Origin: the human T2T-CHM13v2.0 reference genome, Homo sapiens
Reading direction: 5' to 3' (one strand)
Assembly (NCBI RefSeq): GCF_009914755.1
Contig: NC_060926.1
Length of the DNA stretch: 64,000 nt
Positions 1-13,160 of this stretch are shown here, in pieces. How positions within the stretch are numbered: the first letter of the stretch is position 1; each line of letters starts with the position of its first letter. Under the pieces are notes generated by a model that had not been told where the DNA came from, made no database searches, and saw only the letters and a program-made list of their open reading frames with translations. The position numbers and the translations under genes were made by a program.

Positions 1-314
1 TGTACAAATATGACCATTTTCCATGCAGCCATGACATAGCACATTTTGAAAATCCCTTATCAAGATTATCTTAAAGAATGCTGCCTGTTTAGTTGTCCTA
101 TGAGGCAGAGCTTTTGAAAATGGAGAGAACTTGTATAGGCAAAAGAAGTCTCAGGAATCTAGAGAAGCTGATCAGTGCAAGGAAAAATGGGGCTCTGGGG
201 CAGGCAAGCTCAGGCCTCCCTGCAAGACCAGAGAAGCCACGTGCAGTGTGGGAGCCTCCTTGTTGCGACTTGACATTTTCTTTAATTGTACTTACATTCA
301 TAAAAAATGGTATT

Positions 315-834
315 TGTGATGGTTAATTTTATGTATCAACTTGACTGGAGCATGGGGTACCCAGATATTTGGTTAAACATTATTCTGTTTGTTGCTGTGA
401 CGGTATCTGTGGAAGAAATTAACATTTAAATCAGTAGAAAGAGTAAAGTGGGTGGCACTCTTTAATATGGATGGGCCTCAACAGATCCCTTGAAGGCCTG
501 AATAGAACAAAAGGTGAATTAAAGGGGGGGGATTTTCTCTCTTTGCTTCTGTGTCTTTAAGCTAGAAGATGAGTCCTCTCCTGCATTTGGATTCAGACTT
601 GAACCAGACTTATACCATCAGCTCTCCTGGTTCTCAGCCCTTCTGACTTAGGCTGGAACTATATGATCAGCTCTCCTGGGTCTCCAGCTTGCCAGATGCA
701 GATCTTGGGACATCTGAGCCCCTATAACCATGTTGGTTAATTACTTAAATAAATCTCTTTCTATCTGTAGCCATATCCGTATCCGTATCTATCTCCTATT
801 GGTTCTATTTATCTGAAGAACCCAGATTAATGCA
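315..834 (+). mobile_element. MLT2-family (ERVL) solo LTR
   Basis: Starts TGTGATGGTTAATTTTATGTATCAACTTGACTGG and ends CTATTGGTTCT..GAAGAACCCAGATTAATGCA, typical MLT2 termini; antisense to the minus-strand gene. Confidence 0.85.
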
Positions 835-1329
835 TACCAGGTAACAGGGGATGTGTTAATTTGCTCAAGCAATGAAACCATATCTGGTACAATCTTCCTT
901 CCAAAAAGATTTTTTACAGTCATTAATTGTGTTCATGCAAATTAGCGAGTTGAAATTTAGCTTTCCTGTATCATCTCAGTTGACTTGAAGCAAAGAAATA
1001 AACAAGTATATTCAAATACTAGATAATTAACAAATGTCTAAATTTGAAGCAGGTCTGGAGTATGCTCTGAAATCCAAAAGACCTTGTCTAAATTCTGGTT
1101 TTGCCATGTGTGAGCCACCTGATTGATTATACGCAAGAATGTAAGCTCCTCTTTCTCATCTGTACCAGCTGCTCTTGCAGAATTATTAAAAAGATTAGAC
1201 CCAGCCCAGAGCTTAGCACACGATGTGTCCTCAGCAAGTGCCAGTTTCCTTTCTCCTTGATCAAAACCCATACTACAAGGCCCTGCAGGTCCAGTCTCCC
1301 TCTGAACCATATCACTGCTGTCTTCATTT

Positions 1330-1550
1330 ACTCCTAGCCATACATACTGACCTCTTGCTTTTCTTTGAATTAGCAAAGCACACTCTCATCTTGGGCTCTC
1401 CCCACTTTCTTTCTCCTCTGCCTTGTACAGTCCACATTTTTCCTTCAGATTCTGGCATGGCTCACACAGCCCCCACAACCCCGCAGTTCAAACACTTCTT
1501 CCAGGTGTCTGCTAATCAGACTGCCTTCCCTGACCCACTCATATCAAGGT
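1330..1550 (+). mobile_element. L2 LINE fragment (degenerate)
   Basis: L2-like 3' region motifs (ACTGACCTCTTGCTTTTCTTTGAA...GCCTTCCCTGACC). Confidence 0.45.
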
Positions 1551-1696
1551 GAATGACAGTGTCCCTGTGAATGGCCTTTGTGCTTCCAATGAGCAATACT
1601 CTGAGAGGCTCCTGTTGGAGCCACCACTACAGTAGTTTGAGGCCCACGGCCCTGTCCAACCAGGATGCTCATCTCATCCCCCTGACCTCCCGGGCT

Positions 1697-1850
1697 GTAA
1701 ACACTTTACATGTATCACCTCATTAAATCCTCACAGCACCCCTAAGAGAAAATGCTACTATTACTATCTTCATTCCATTAATCTGACTAATGAGACACAG
1801 AAAGGTTAAGTAATTTGCCTAAAGTCACACAGCTAGTGAGTGGAGAAGTG
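1697..1850 (-). mobile_element. MIR SINE
   Basis: Reverse complement of the MIR core: AATCCTCACAG...GAAAGGTTAAGTAATTTGCCTAAAGTCACACAGCTAGTGAGTGG. Confidence 0.85.
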
Positions 1851-2700
1851 TCCCAGGTGGTTTTATCTATCTCAGAGAAACTCAGCCAGGGGGGTGGAGT
1901 CTCTGCCACACCCACTGCATAGCCTGGCCCTGCCCTCACATCTTGTTGCCTTGGTTCGGTTGTTTGTAAATTTAAGAGGCTACCATTGCTCCCAGGAAGA
2001 CAGGGTAGGAACAACAATGACAACAGCAAAAAAAAAAAAAAAGAATGTAATGAATAGTAAGCATTTGGGACAGCCCCAAAGAAAGACACAACAATGGTCA
2101 AAAGCACTATGTCAATACTGTCCCTGTCAAGGCCACTGCCCATCAACAATGCTGGGGACCTTGAGTTAAGTCTGTGCCACTAGAGTTATTTGATGTGATG
2201 ACACGAGTTTCATCAAAAGGGGAATTTCAGCAAAAGGCTTTGTGGATGTGATTACACTTGAATTTAAGAAATAAATTGATAAACCTGTTTATCTCTCTAG
2301 CATGCAGCTGAAAATTTGGCTTTGCTGTTTTCTAATCTTAAATAGACTTCAGAGACTTGGCTTATATTTTACTGTCTTGGGTTCCCAGATTATTGGAGCA
2401 GCTGTGATCTCATGAATTTACTCAGAACAACTAGTATGTACTGAATATCTACTATATATCAAGAAGAGGGTCTAGGCCTTGCTTTTAAAATGTAGGGGTG
2501 GGTGACACAAAATTTCCTCCATCATAGACCACTACATTCTAGTGTGATATTTCCCAATAAATATTGATACCAGACATAAGCTCCATTCTTAGTATCCAGT
2601 CAAATATTATTTTACTAAGAACATAATGTTCACACCGTGTTTAATAAGCTTACAATGTACTTGTTACACTGCATTATTTCCTCAATTGTAAAAGATTTTA

Positions 2701-3010
2701 TAGTCAGCCTTTCATATTCACAGTTCCACATCCTTGGAATTCAACCGACCAGGTTGGAAAATACTCAGAAAAAAAAATAAAAAAATAACAACAATAAAGC
2801 ATAATGAAAATTTAAAAAACAACATAGTATAACAACTATTCACTTAGCATTTACATTGTATTAGGTATTGTAATCTAGAGATTATTGAAAGTATATAGGA
2901 GGAGATACATAGGTTATATGCAAATACTATGTCATTTTATATAAGGGACTTGATCTTCTGCAGATTTTGATATCTTGGGAGAGGGATGGTCTCTCTCCCA
3001 GGGACGATTA
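2701..3010 (-). mobile_element. MER2 (TcMar-Tigger non-autonomous DNA transposon)
   Basis: TA-flanked TAGTCAGCC start; internal GGTTATATGCAAATACTATGTCATTTTATATAAGGGACTTGA; ends GGGACGATTA resembling the TIR GGGACGACTG+TA. Confidence 0.85.
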
Positions 3011-3520
3011 CAGTACAGAGGAAGGATGTACAGCACAGGGGATGGTTGCACAGTACAGGGGACGGTTGTACACTACAGGGGACAGTTGTACAGTACAGGG
3101 GATGGTTGTATAGTACAGGGCATGGTTATACAGTATGGGGGACAGTTGTACAGTACAGGGCATGGTTATACAGTATGGGGGACAGTTGTACAGTACAGGG
3201 CATGGCTGTACAGTACACAGGGCATGGCTGTACAGTACAGAGGACAGTTAGTTGTGTAATACAGGGCATGTTTATACAGTACAGTGGATGGTTGTACAGT
3301 ACAGGGCATGGTTGTACAGTACAGGAGACAGTTGTACAGTACAGGGCATGATTGTACAGCACAGGGAACAGTTACAGTACAGGACACAGTTGTACAGTAC
3401 AGGACACAGTTGTACAGTACAGGGGATGGCTATACAGCACAGGGCACGGTTGTACAGTACAGGGCATGGTTATACAGTACAGGGGACAGTTATACAGTAC
3501 AGAGCACGGTTGTACAGTAC
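3001..3520. repeat. Minisatellite, ~26 x 20-bp unit (consensus CAGTACAGGGGAYGGTTGTA)
   Basis: Directly visible tandem array; a 40-bp dimer is repeated exactly at 3121-3200. Confidence 0.97.
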
Positions 3521-3639
3521 CATCCTGCTGGTTGCCAGATGACTTGGATGTACCACTTCCCCTCCCTGGGAGGAGGTTACAATTGGTATAGGACTTGGAC
3601 ATTTGCCTTGTTTACCAAATGGAGTGAAAATAGAATAAA

Positions 3640-3898
3640 GAAAGCCACATCCCAGTAGAAGTTTCAACAAGAGTCTCAAGTTTCTGCCACCTTGCTCGAT
3701 CGCTTCTGTCATGAGCATGACACATTCCAAGAAGCACACACCCCCTCAGCCCAGGTTCCAGAATGAGAAGAAATGTACACCAGTGCCACAGAAGCCAACC
3801 TGCAGCCCCTGACACGTGGCACAGCAAGACAGTCGTCGCCATCAGCCACTGAGATTTGGGGGTTATTTCTGACTGCAGCAAAAGTGACATACTCCACA
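3640..3898 (+). mobile_element. Old MLT1 (MaLR) LTR fragment
   Basis: 3' end motif AGCCACTGAGATTTGGGGGTTATTT..ACTGCAGCAAAAG typical of MLT1H-L. Confidence 0.55.
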
Positions 3899-6800
3899 TT
3901 TTTCCAGATTAAATAATTTTATATTCACAGGTATTATGTTGGGGTCTGCTGAGACGAAATTATGTCAATTTTATGGATGACATCCCTAAGACGTAAGAGT
4001 GGTTAAGCAATGGCCCAGAAATCAACCAAAAAGAGGAGCAAAGCTATATACTCAGCTGAATGAGTATATAGTATAAAACAAGACTGACTCACTTCAATAT
4101 AAAAATCTCTGCAAACTGCAGATCGATTAAAACACTAGCAAATCATAAAGGTTTCATTGGTCTCTGGGCCAGTTCCTGATATCAGGGATGATGCAACAAC
4201 AGACCAAGAGGCCTACAATAGAACAAATGCAGAACCTTCTCCGTTAAGCTTCATGGGCTGGCAGCCCCAGCTCTCACACTCAGAGGCTCCACAAAGCAAC
4301 CCTAAACATCTCAGAGAGACTGGATGCTCCTCTCTGGCCATGGAAAGGCCTTCTGAGCTCAACAGACAAGCTCTGTAGTGGCTCTGTGACAAGTATCTCA
4401 GAATGCCCATTACATGCCTGCAACCGGCACCGGGAATGGCAACAATCAGAGGGTGTGTTATTTCACCAGGAAATTCAAACAGAAAGACCGTGACCTTAAG
4501 GCAAGTCAAGGAGGAAGGTAGCAATTCAGGACAGAGGCTCACAGGCTTTGACATGAGTGACTAATTCAATTTTTTGCTCCTGTTGTTTTAAATTCAAACC
4601 TTATTGTTCTTTTTCTTTGCTTTATTATCTTCTTTCTCTCTTACTTTCACTTTAAAAAAACATTCCATTCAACGGGGGCGAGTGAGTCACCATAATCATT
4701 TATTTAGACGCATTTCAGGCTCGCTCTATGCTATCCGGCCCCACTTGCTGACATGTATGGAAGGCGTTCTGCAGCAGCTGATCTTTTTACCAGAAAGCCC
4801 AATTTTCAACAGCTATTTCTGGGGGGTCTGGGAGGGTTGGCACCTTGCATGTGGCTTTTCATGACAATTCACACCTTTGGTTTCCTACCCTGACCCAAGC
4901 TAGGCTGACTTCTAACACCTCCCACTCCTGTATACCCACAGATGCTGTTTTCAAGCCTCCTCGTACCTGGAGCAACAATCCTGGCCTTTGCCTTCTTATA
5001 CTGTCATATCAACTACATTAAATTATCATCCTAGAAAAATTAGGTAAACATATACGTGTGCATGTTTGTAAAGCACCGCACTGCAGTGCAGAAGCCAAAT
5101 ACTAATATAAAATCAGGAAAAGTATTTCTGACAGCTGGAAAAAATCCCTAAACAGTTGCAGACAAACCTGGAGAAGTAAAGTTGATAAAAATTGATCTGT
5201 GAACAGACTCTATCCTTCATCCAAAACCTCTCACCAGGTAGCACCTTGTGAACATGGGTCCCGCACAGGCATGTGAGTCACGCCCTGCAATTTATACAGA
5301 GCTTTCAACTTGTTTTCAAAGCTTGTTGTCTTCAAAATATTCCTGAAAAGGAGGCAGGAAGGAAGATTAGCTCCACTGGAGGATGAGGAGATGAAGACCC
5401 AGGGAGGCTGTCCACTCACTTTGAGCAGGTCATTGGCAGACCAAGAATTAACTTTTTATTATTTTAATATCAGGTGCCGTGAATTTTTTTTTTAATTTCC
5501 CCATTTTAAAAACTTGTAATATGCAGTTGAATGCAGGAAATTCCAGTCATCTTATGTCAAGTACCTTCAGATAAGGTTCTTCAAGGAGGCTGCTTGGAAT
5601 GGGTTCCATGAGGAAGGGGTTTATCTGTCAGAACAACCCCAGCACCTAAGCACAGTCAGTTCTCAAAAAACAGTTTTTGAATAAGGAAAAGGCAAGTCTT
5701 TGCTTTTTCCCTTTTTAATATTTTTAAGCAAACCTACTACCTGATCCAGCAGCTGAAAGCAATCTTCCCTCCCCAGCTCTCGTTAATGAACACTCCACAA
5801 CTTTGTAACTATGGGGTCCATCCTTTGACACCCACACATACTTCTGGTTGGAAATCCATTTCTATCATTCCTTTGTGAAAATTCCCTAACATCTTCCCAC
5901 AGCTTCAGGATGTCCTCTAGCTTCCGTCTTCAGTGAGCTCTTACCTACCCCCCTCACACTCTAACCCTATGAGCTACTTGTCCCACCTGCTCTAAGTTGC
6001 TACAAGTTGCTATAAGCCACTTTTTGTCCTGAGGAGCAGGATTCAGATGGGCAGAGGATACGAGGTGGGAGCTGGCAGCCTCCAGAGGTCCCTGAGCCTC
6101 ACTGGGGCCAAATGCTTTTCTTAGCCATCCTCTCTCCCCTTGCCGTATACCCTATTATATTTGCTAGGATTTTTCCCTGCATTTGAAGAAATTCAAGCTC
6201 CTCTGAGATGAGCATTTTGCTCTGTAAAGGGAAAGGCCCTGCCAGGGGAGGTTCTTTTCCTTCTGGAAAGGTCTCCAGAGATGAAGTCTTCCGGGTCCCA
6301 CAGACTCCCCCTGCTACCCCCTGCCACCCTCTGCGTCAGCAAAGTGGAGAGTGGAAAGTCTTGGCTGAAATCCTGACACACTTTGAGGGTTTCTCGAGAG
6401 CTTCCCTGTTCCAGCCTTCGGTCAGTTTTTATAAACACCAGTCCCCAGCAGGGATCGGATGAGCAGTTAATCCCCGGGGATTCTGAAGAAGCCCTCTTCC
6501 TCTGGACTCCAATTAACACTCTCCTCTCCACAGCTTTCACTTCCAGCTTTCTCCTGGCACCTTATCCTTTCCTTAGCAATCCTGCCCATGTGATGCTTGT
6601 CCAGCTGGTTAATGGGGATTTACAGCCAGCATTTCTTCAAAGTTCCAATGTTTATTTAAAAAAATCACAAATAATATTTAACTAGGACTCTTGGACTTAA
6701 AAAAATAAATAGGAGCAGAAGTCTTCATAAAAGCTGGGCTCTCTTTCTATCCCAGACCCTTTGCTATGTGCTGGGGATGTGAAGATTGAAGACAAGCCTG

Positions 6801-6999
6801 GGCCTGTCCTGCATGGTGCACAGGCCAGCATGAGAACAGGCCAGTGAACTGCAGACAGCAAAAACATCCTGGGTCAGAGGGAGTGCCAGGAGGGCCTTGA
6901 AATCACAGGCTGGCCTGTGATGTCTCCATGACCCCATGGCCTGCAACCGGTCACTTGTCCACTCAGCTCTGGCCCTGGCCTCCCTGCAGTTTCTTCATC

Positions 7000-7428
7000 T
7001 GGCCAGACACACTCCACTCTGGTTTGGCCCTCGCTGAGGCTCAGACTGGAACAGTTTCCCCCAATTATCCACAATGATTATTTTACGTCCTTCAGGCCTT
7101 CACTCAATCCTCACCTTCTCTGACAACCCTATTTAAAATAGCAACTCTTTCCCCAAACTTGCTGTCATCCACCCATCCTTCTGTATACCCATCTCTGCTT
7201 CATTTTCCTTCATGGAACTTACCACCATCTAACATGATATACATTTTACTTGTTTATATGTTTATGGTCCATCTTTCCCCAACAAAATATAAGCTCCATG
7301 GGTTAGGGAGTTTGTGTGTTTGGTTTACTGCTGAATCCCCAGAAACAGACCCAGAGAAGTGCACAACTCATTGTAGGTGCTCAATAAGTATCTGTTGAAT
7401 AAGTAGATGGACAGATGGACGGATGAAT
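7000..7428 (+). mobile_element. L2a 3' end
   Basis: AATATAAGCTCCATG...TTTACTGCTGAATCCCCAG...GTAGGTGCTCAATAAGTATCTGTTGAAT followed by a (GATG)n-like tail. Confidence 0.85.
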
Positions 7429-8234
7429 TTGACGGGGACCTGGGGAAGGTTTATGGCGAATGTTACACCAGAAGCGAATCTCAAAGGGTCTGTCCAGGCA
7501 AAGAAAGGGCATTTTGAAAACAGGATGTAGCTCATGTGTGATCCTGCGTAAATCACATTACCATTTTCTCTTCTGTAATACGAAGCTAACGCATAGTATT
7601 TGCAAGTCTATGATGAGCCATGAAACTGAAAATGGACTTTGGGTGAGCTAAACTGAGCCAGTAGTGGGGCAGGCTGAAACAACATGGGAAGAGACAAGAG
7701 GAAGTTGCCTTTCTCCACAGCCAGCAGATTGAGTTATGACCAGCAGACAGATACTGGGGAAGCCCAGCCCTGTGAGGTGGGAGCTGGTGGGTCAGCTTGA
7801 TCTCCTGGTTCAACAAGGAGTGTTTCTGTTCCAGGGCAAGGCAAAACCCCAAGCGCTCTATAAAACTGCAGCCTGTGAATCACTGATTCACCAAGCAAGC
7901 CAAAATGTTTGCATCTCTCCGAGTCTTGGTTTTGCTCTCTATAAAATAAAAAGCACAACTTCTTCTTCCATCGAATGACACATCTGGAAGTATCCAGAAA
8001 ACTGTCTGGCACTTTGGGAATACATGGTCAAAGTTTGTTAAGTAGAAATACCATATACTATTTGCATGAAATTTACATTAAGGTAGGGCGTGCCATGGGA
8101 CTCCATTCTGGAAAAAGGCAAAGAAATCAAGCTATGATCATATTTTCTGAGGCTTAAGAGACTCCAGTCATGGCAGGAAAAAGGATTTTATTTTCTTTAA
8201 AAAAAAATAAAATTGTGGCCTGGAAGCAGTGCGA

Positions 8235-8490
8235 GCTGTGTGGTATGGAAACGTGTAGAAGTTTTAGAGCCAGGCCGACTTCAACCAAATCCTGGTGCCC
8301 CATTTTCAGCCCTTTTCAGTCCTATGTCTTAAAGCAAATTTTAAAAAAAACCTTCTTAGCTTCATTGTCTTTATCTTTAAAAAAGAAATGAAAATATCAC
8401 CTTAGAAGGTGTCTGTGGGATGAAAAAATGTATACAAAAATACTATCCAAATAGTTAGAATTAATAGGTGCTAAATGTATACTGAATAGC
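8235..8490 (+). mobile_element. MIR SINE (degenerate)
   Basis: TTTAGAGCCAG..AAATCCTGG, CTTTATCTTTAAAA, AATAGGTGCTAAAT in MIR order. Confidence 0.55.
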
Positions 8491-9019
8491 ATAATTCACT
8501 GTTGTTAACATAATTAAAAATTTGGGAATACTATGAAAAATTAAGGGTCATGACTGGACTGGGCAAGCTATAAGTCACTGGTTAGAAAAAAATAACTCAC
8601 ATTCATATACCACAAATAGTGATCACACTGTAGCTATTTTAGTTTCTATGAGCTACTCAATCTATTTCCTGAATCTGAGGTTTAACAGATAAATTTACAC
8701 AACCTATGACCTTACTAGCAGGTTGAGCATGTAGTGTGAAAGGGAGAAAGAGGGACGAGGCCTTGACACACAGATGTTTTAAAGGGAGAAAAAACAGGAG
8801 ATATGCACTTAGCACTCCATCCACACCCGTACAAGCTCACTCGCTCGCCCCAAGTGATGAAAGAGGAAACCCCAATTCAGACCCATGGGGAAGAGGGCTC
8901 TTTGCTTCAGTAATTGCAGGCCAGAGCTGAACAATCTCCTCTTCCATCTTGAGAATGCCTCTGGGCTTGGGGTGTGGGGCCTAGTGTGTGGGCTTGCCTC
9001 ACCAACCCAGGAATGGCTT

Positions 9020-9150
9020 TAGACTTCATCTAGTCAAACATACTTGTTAAAAATGGAGGAACTGAGGCTCAGGGAGGGGAGGAGGCTTACAACAAGTTAG
9101 GCAGAAGGTCAGTGGCAGAGCTAGGCTTATACCCAGGGGACTCCTTGGAC
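9020..9150 (-). mobile_element. MIR/MIR3 SINE
   Basis: AAATGGAGGAACTGAGGCTCAGGGAGGG...AGTGGCAGAGCTAGG. Confidence 0.65.
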
Positions 9151-9848
9151 AGTGCTCACTCCACTGCCCACATGGTCTTCCTGATCCTCCGCAGTTTGGT
9201 AAGCAAAACTGCAACAATATTTCACATTCTCTTCTGTTCGTTCTCCCTCACATCCAGTGTCTCAACTCTGCTAAGCCCTGCTTGGGCTTGACCCTAAAGA
9301 ACTTGAACCTGAAGGAGTTGTAAATGTGCGGCAACTGGAGCACGGCCTGATCACGCAGGGGCTCAGACAGCTGCAGCACAGCTTCTCCTGCTCCCTCCCT
9401 TTCTTTTCTCTTTCATAATCTTTTTCCTACTTTCCCCAACTGACTATTACATAAAATTGAATGCATTCTTGGTCTTTTTTTTTTAAACCTGAATTGGGTT
9501 TTTCTTTCACTTATTTTTATTTCTAAAGTCGCATATGCAAATGATTTGGGTGTTTTAAAAATGTGTAGCATAAGATTTACAGGGTTCTATGTTTCTGAAG
9601 CAGCAGAATTGGATATTTCTCCCTAAGAAATGTAATTCAGTTGCTTTCTGCCAGTTAATGTCAGAATTGCCTTTCTTGGTGGTTACCGGTCCTTGAAAGA
9701 CAAAAGGTCCCTTGGCTTGCAGGGGCATCTGAGTAGTCAGTTCCACCTGTGAGCTACACAAAGGCCAGGGCAGAGCCTTGTCCAGAGAGTGCCTGGCAGA
9801 TTCCTGCCCTCTGCAGCTCTTCCTTGGAATGAAAAGGATTCCCCCAAT

Positions 9849-10080
9849 GCACATGTACACGCTTACACATACACCTGTACACATCCACATATTCACCCCC
9901 ACACACCCACTCACAAACTGCACACACACATACCCACACTCACACATACCTATACACACACAGCTATACACATCCACATATCCACACCCACACACCCACT
10001 CACAAGCCACACATAAACACACATATATTCCAACCACACACATCCATTCAAACCACACACATCATACTTATACACTCACA
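9849..10080. repeat. Degenerate (CA)-rich simple repeat
   Basis: Long CACA/CACCCA/CATA mosaic visible. Confidence 0.9.
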
Positions 10081-12099
10081 AGTCCAGGCCTCTCTAGTTT
10101 CTAAGGGCCAGCCATCCCCAGAGGCACCCTATTCTCCATGTGCGCTGATGTGAACCATATTTACAGCTCCCTAGTGGCTCCAATAGTCTATGCAAACCAA
10201 AGGCCTTCAGGATCCTGGAAGTTAAGGTCACTCCTCCGTGGTGGAAGCTACATGGCTATCACTGGTTGTGAGTGGGTGAGACCCTCCTCCAGAAGGACAC
10301 AGTGGGTCCTCAGAGAGGAGGAGCTGCTGATTTTTAAACATCATCAGATTCTGAAAGAAATGTTAATCTTTTGATCTGGAAAATGTCAGAATTATGATGC
10401 ATTAATAATAAACTCAAAAGACAAAGACATAAAGAAAGAGAAAACAGGAGAGAAATGCAGAGCAATTGCTGGAATGGCCGTTGCCATTAGGGCCACTGCC
10501 AATGGCCATGCTTGGTCAAGCAGCCAGTGAGACCTCGTGAGCGTCAGTGGCGTGAATGGCAGTCGAGTCACCAGGGCCAAAATACATCTGAGGCAACCAG
10601 CCAAAGGCACAGAAACACTAGAGCTGTGGAAGAAGTAAAGGAAGACCCGAGAGGGAACCCAGCAGAGAGCACAGGGAAACTTTCTACATCCCTCCAGAGG
10701 TCAGCCTGGGGCTGGCAGAAGTTACCAGTACAGCCAGACAGACAGCTCAGTGCTTCCCACTCTCCTCCTCTTTTGACGTCCTAGCCTCCATGTCTTAATT
10801 CTCAGAGAGACAAAGGAAGAAGTCATTTACTTAGAAACTCAGTTCCTAGGGGCCAAGGAAGAGAAGTGACAAGCTCAAGCTCACTTTACAACCAAAGAAC
10901 AGACCCAAAATAAGAACCAAAATGTTCTCACGCTCGGCTGAGGCTTTTCACTTCCCCATGCTCACTCTTTCAGCCCTGGCTCTTCCTCACATGGGCAAAA
11001 TGATGAGTAAGATTTAAAAATTCCCTCTGCCATCCCCCTCCAAGGCCAAAACCAAAACTTAATTATAAGCCACACTCAATAAAAAATTCCCAGCTTATTT
11101 TTACTTCTCAGGAAATTTTTTTTAAAATGACTTTGTCCCAGTGAAATTTGAGAGCCCATGTTTTTTGATGTTTTTTGTTGTTTTTTTTTTTTTGGCTGTT
11201 GTTTTGTTTTTGTGCCAAGCATGGTCATTTAATTCAGTTAATTGAGAAAATATAAAAATGGCCACTAATGCTTTTGATAAGCATGAGATGGGCCATGTCA
11301 CCATACCCTCTAATATCCAAAGGTAGGATATTCACTTGTGTCATCTGGACTTTGCCGACACAGTCAGTTCTTTTAGGCTTTCTGCAAGATCCACAAAACC
11401 TTCTTTGAGACTCTTTGCTCAGATGTGCTTCCAAATTCAGAAATGTCTTTTAGAAAGGTAAAGAGTGCATAAGCCATGTATTACATACATGCCCAGCAGG
11501 GTCTGGGACACTTATCTTTCTGCTGAAAACCTCATTCATCTTGAGTGTAATACATAAAAGTTATAGAGTCTCTGGGCCAGCTTTTGCTTTCAAATGCATG
11601 ATGAAATAAACTTCCCATTTTCAGAGCTTTTTGGATTTTGGACTTAAAAATAAGCGAATGTGTATGTGTCAAAAAATAGCTTATGACCCCATTTATTAAT
11701 TCTGAAGGTATTCAAGGACCTGGATTTAAAACTGCAAGACTCCAGAAAAAAAATACATGTTTAAAAAATAAGAAAAAGACTTAGGATAAGGAGATTGATC
11801 ATATAGTGCATGTACAGTGCTTGATGCTGATGAGAATCATTATCCTTGTTACAATCTAGGAAATAATGTGGCTAGGTTCACTTCAGGCATAAATTGAAAG
11901 CTCGAAAGCTAGAAACAGAAGTCTAGAGGGGTTGACTATGTGGGGCTTTTTCAGGGACAATTCAGGAATGTGTTGTCAGAGAAAGGACAAGTTTCACGTC
12001 ATTTCCCACCCAGAGAAACAAATAAAGAGGAACCTAGAGGACGTAGCAAAAACTTTACAAACAAATTTTATTCAAAGGTCAGGCCAGAAGGAAGATGGA

Positions 12100-12250
12100 T
12101 GTATATTTAATTCACATATTCCTCACAATATTCCTGAGACACAAACATTATTAACTTTAGTTCACAAACTGGAAAACTTAGCAAGCTTAAGGAATTTGCC
12201 CAAGGAAAGGGCCAAGATTCCATCCAACCCAGGTCTGTTTGCTTCCAAAC
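12100..12250 (-). mobile_element. MIR SINE (degenerate)
   Basis: ATTCCTCACAA...TTAAGGAATTTGCCCAAGG...AACCCAGGTCTG. Confidence 0.6.
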
Positions 12251-12350
12251 ACTTGCTCCAGAACTTCAAGGAGCAGATGTCACTTGTCTGGATTTCAGAG
12301 AGCTGTGGTAGCTGAGTTCTTGTCTCAGCCTTGGAAAAGCCACTGGTCTC

Positions 12351-12460
12351 AGTTTCTCTTTCTTCCTCTTTTCCTGTCTTTCCCTTTCTTTCCTTTCCTT
12401 TTTTTCTTTTCTTTTCCTTCCACCCTTCCTTTTCTCTTCCTTTTCTTTTCTCTTCATTCC
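12351..12460. repeat. CT-rich low-complexity tract
   Basis: Near-pure pyrimidine run. Confidence 0.85.
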
Positions 12461-12944
12461 ATCCATCTACCTAGCTATCTAATCCCCCAGTTTCTGTGGA
12501 ATAGAGGAGAAAGAGCAGGGGTGTTCATCAGCATGCATGCCTGTCACTCTGTAAGCTGAGAACATAGTTATCTTGTGTTCCTTCCCATGACTGCAAGCTG
12601 TACCAAGGAAGGGCCTGAGAAGTAAGTTGGATACCACCTGCCTCAACTGGGAGCGATCCACAGCTCAACAAGGCCATATACTGCACTCAGTGCAGGCTCA
12701 GCTCATTATTTCTGTGTGGCATCCTCCGTGGAGGTGGGCTGAGCAAAGGACACCCTGAAGGACGTCAGCCAAACACAGACACACCAGTCACAGGGAAGCA
12801 CTTGAAACACAAGCTATATTTCATTCAGTTCTAAGGTATGGAGGCTCCTCTGGCTAGCAGAAACTCACCAGCTCTTTGAGATGAGTGTTCTACCCAAGAC
12901 ACATGCTAATTAACTCCATGCTCCTCACATATGCACAGCTCTTG

Positions 12945-13160
12945 TTTATAGTGTGGGTGATACAGAGAGATCAGGCTTTGAAGGCACACAGATGTGGTTT
13001 CAGATACCAGCTATGCCACTTTTCTAATGAGGTGACATTCTGCAAATTCCTTAACACCTCTGGACTTCCATTCGCCCATCCATAAAATGGGGATAATATC
13101 TGTTTCAAACGTTCTTCAGAAGATTGCTAAAAGTGGGTACAAAATGTTTATCATTGTCCT
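12945..13160 (+). mobile_element. MIR SINE
   Basis: CAGGCTTTGAAG..CAGCTATGCCACTT..GTGAC..CCTTAACACCTCTG..ATAAAATGGGGATAATA. Confidence 0.8.

Noticed and set aside
2975-3658. Overlapping repetitive ORFs (YSTG/TVQG/VQYR peptides) and a CRISPR-like appearance
   Set aside because: They are translations of the 20-bp minisatellite in several frames; there are no unique spacers or cas genes and the context is primate.
9555-10104. Cys/Val- and His/Thr-rich ORFs
   Set aside because: Translation of the degenerate CA repeat.
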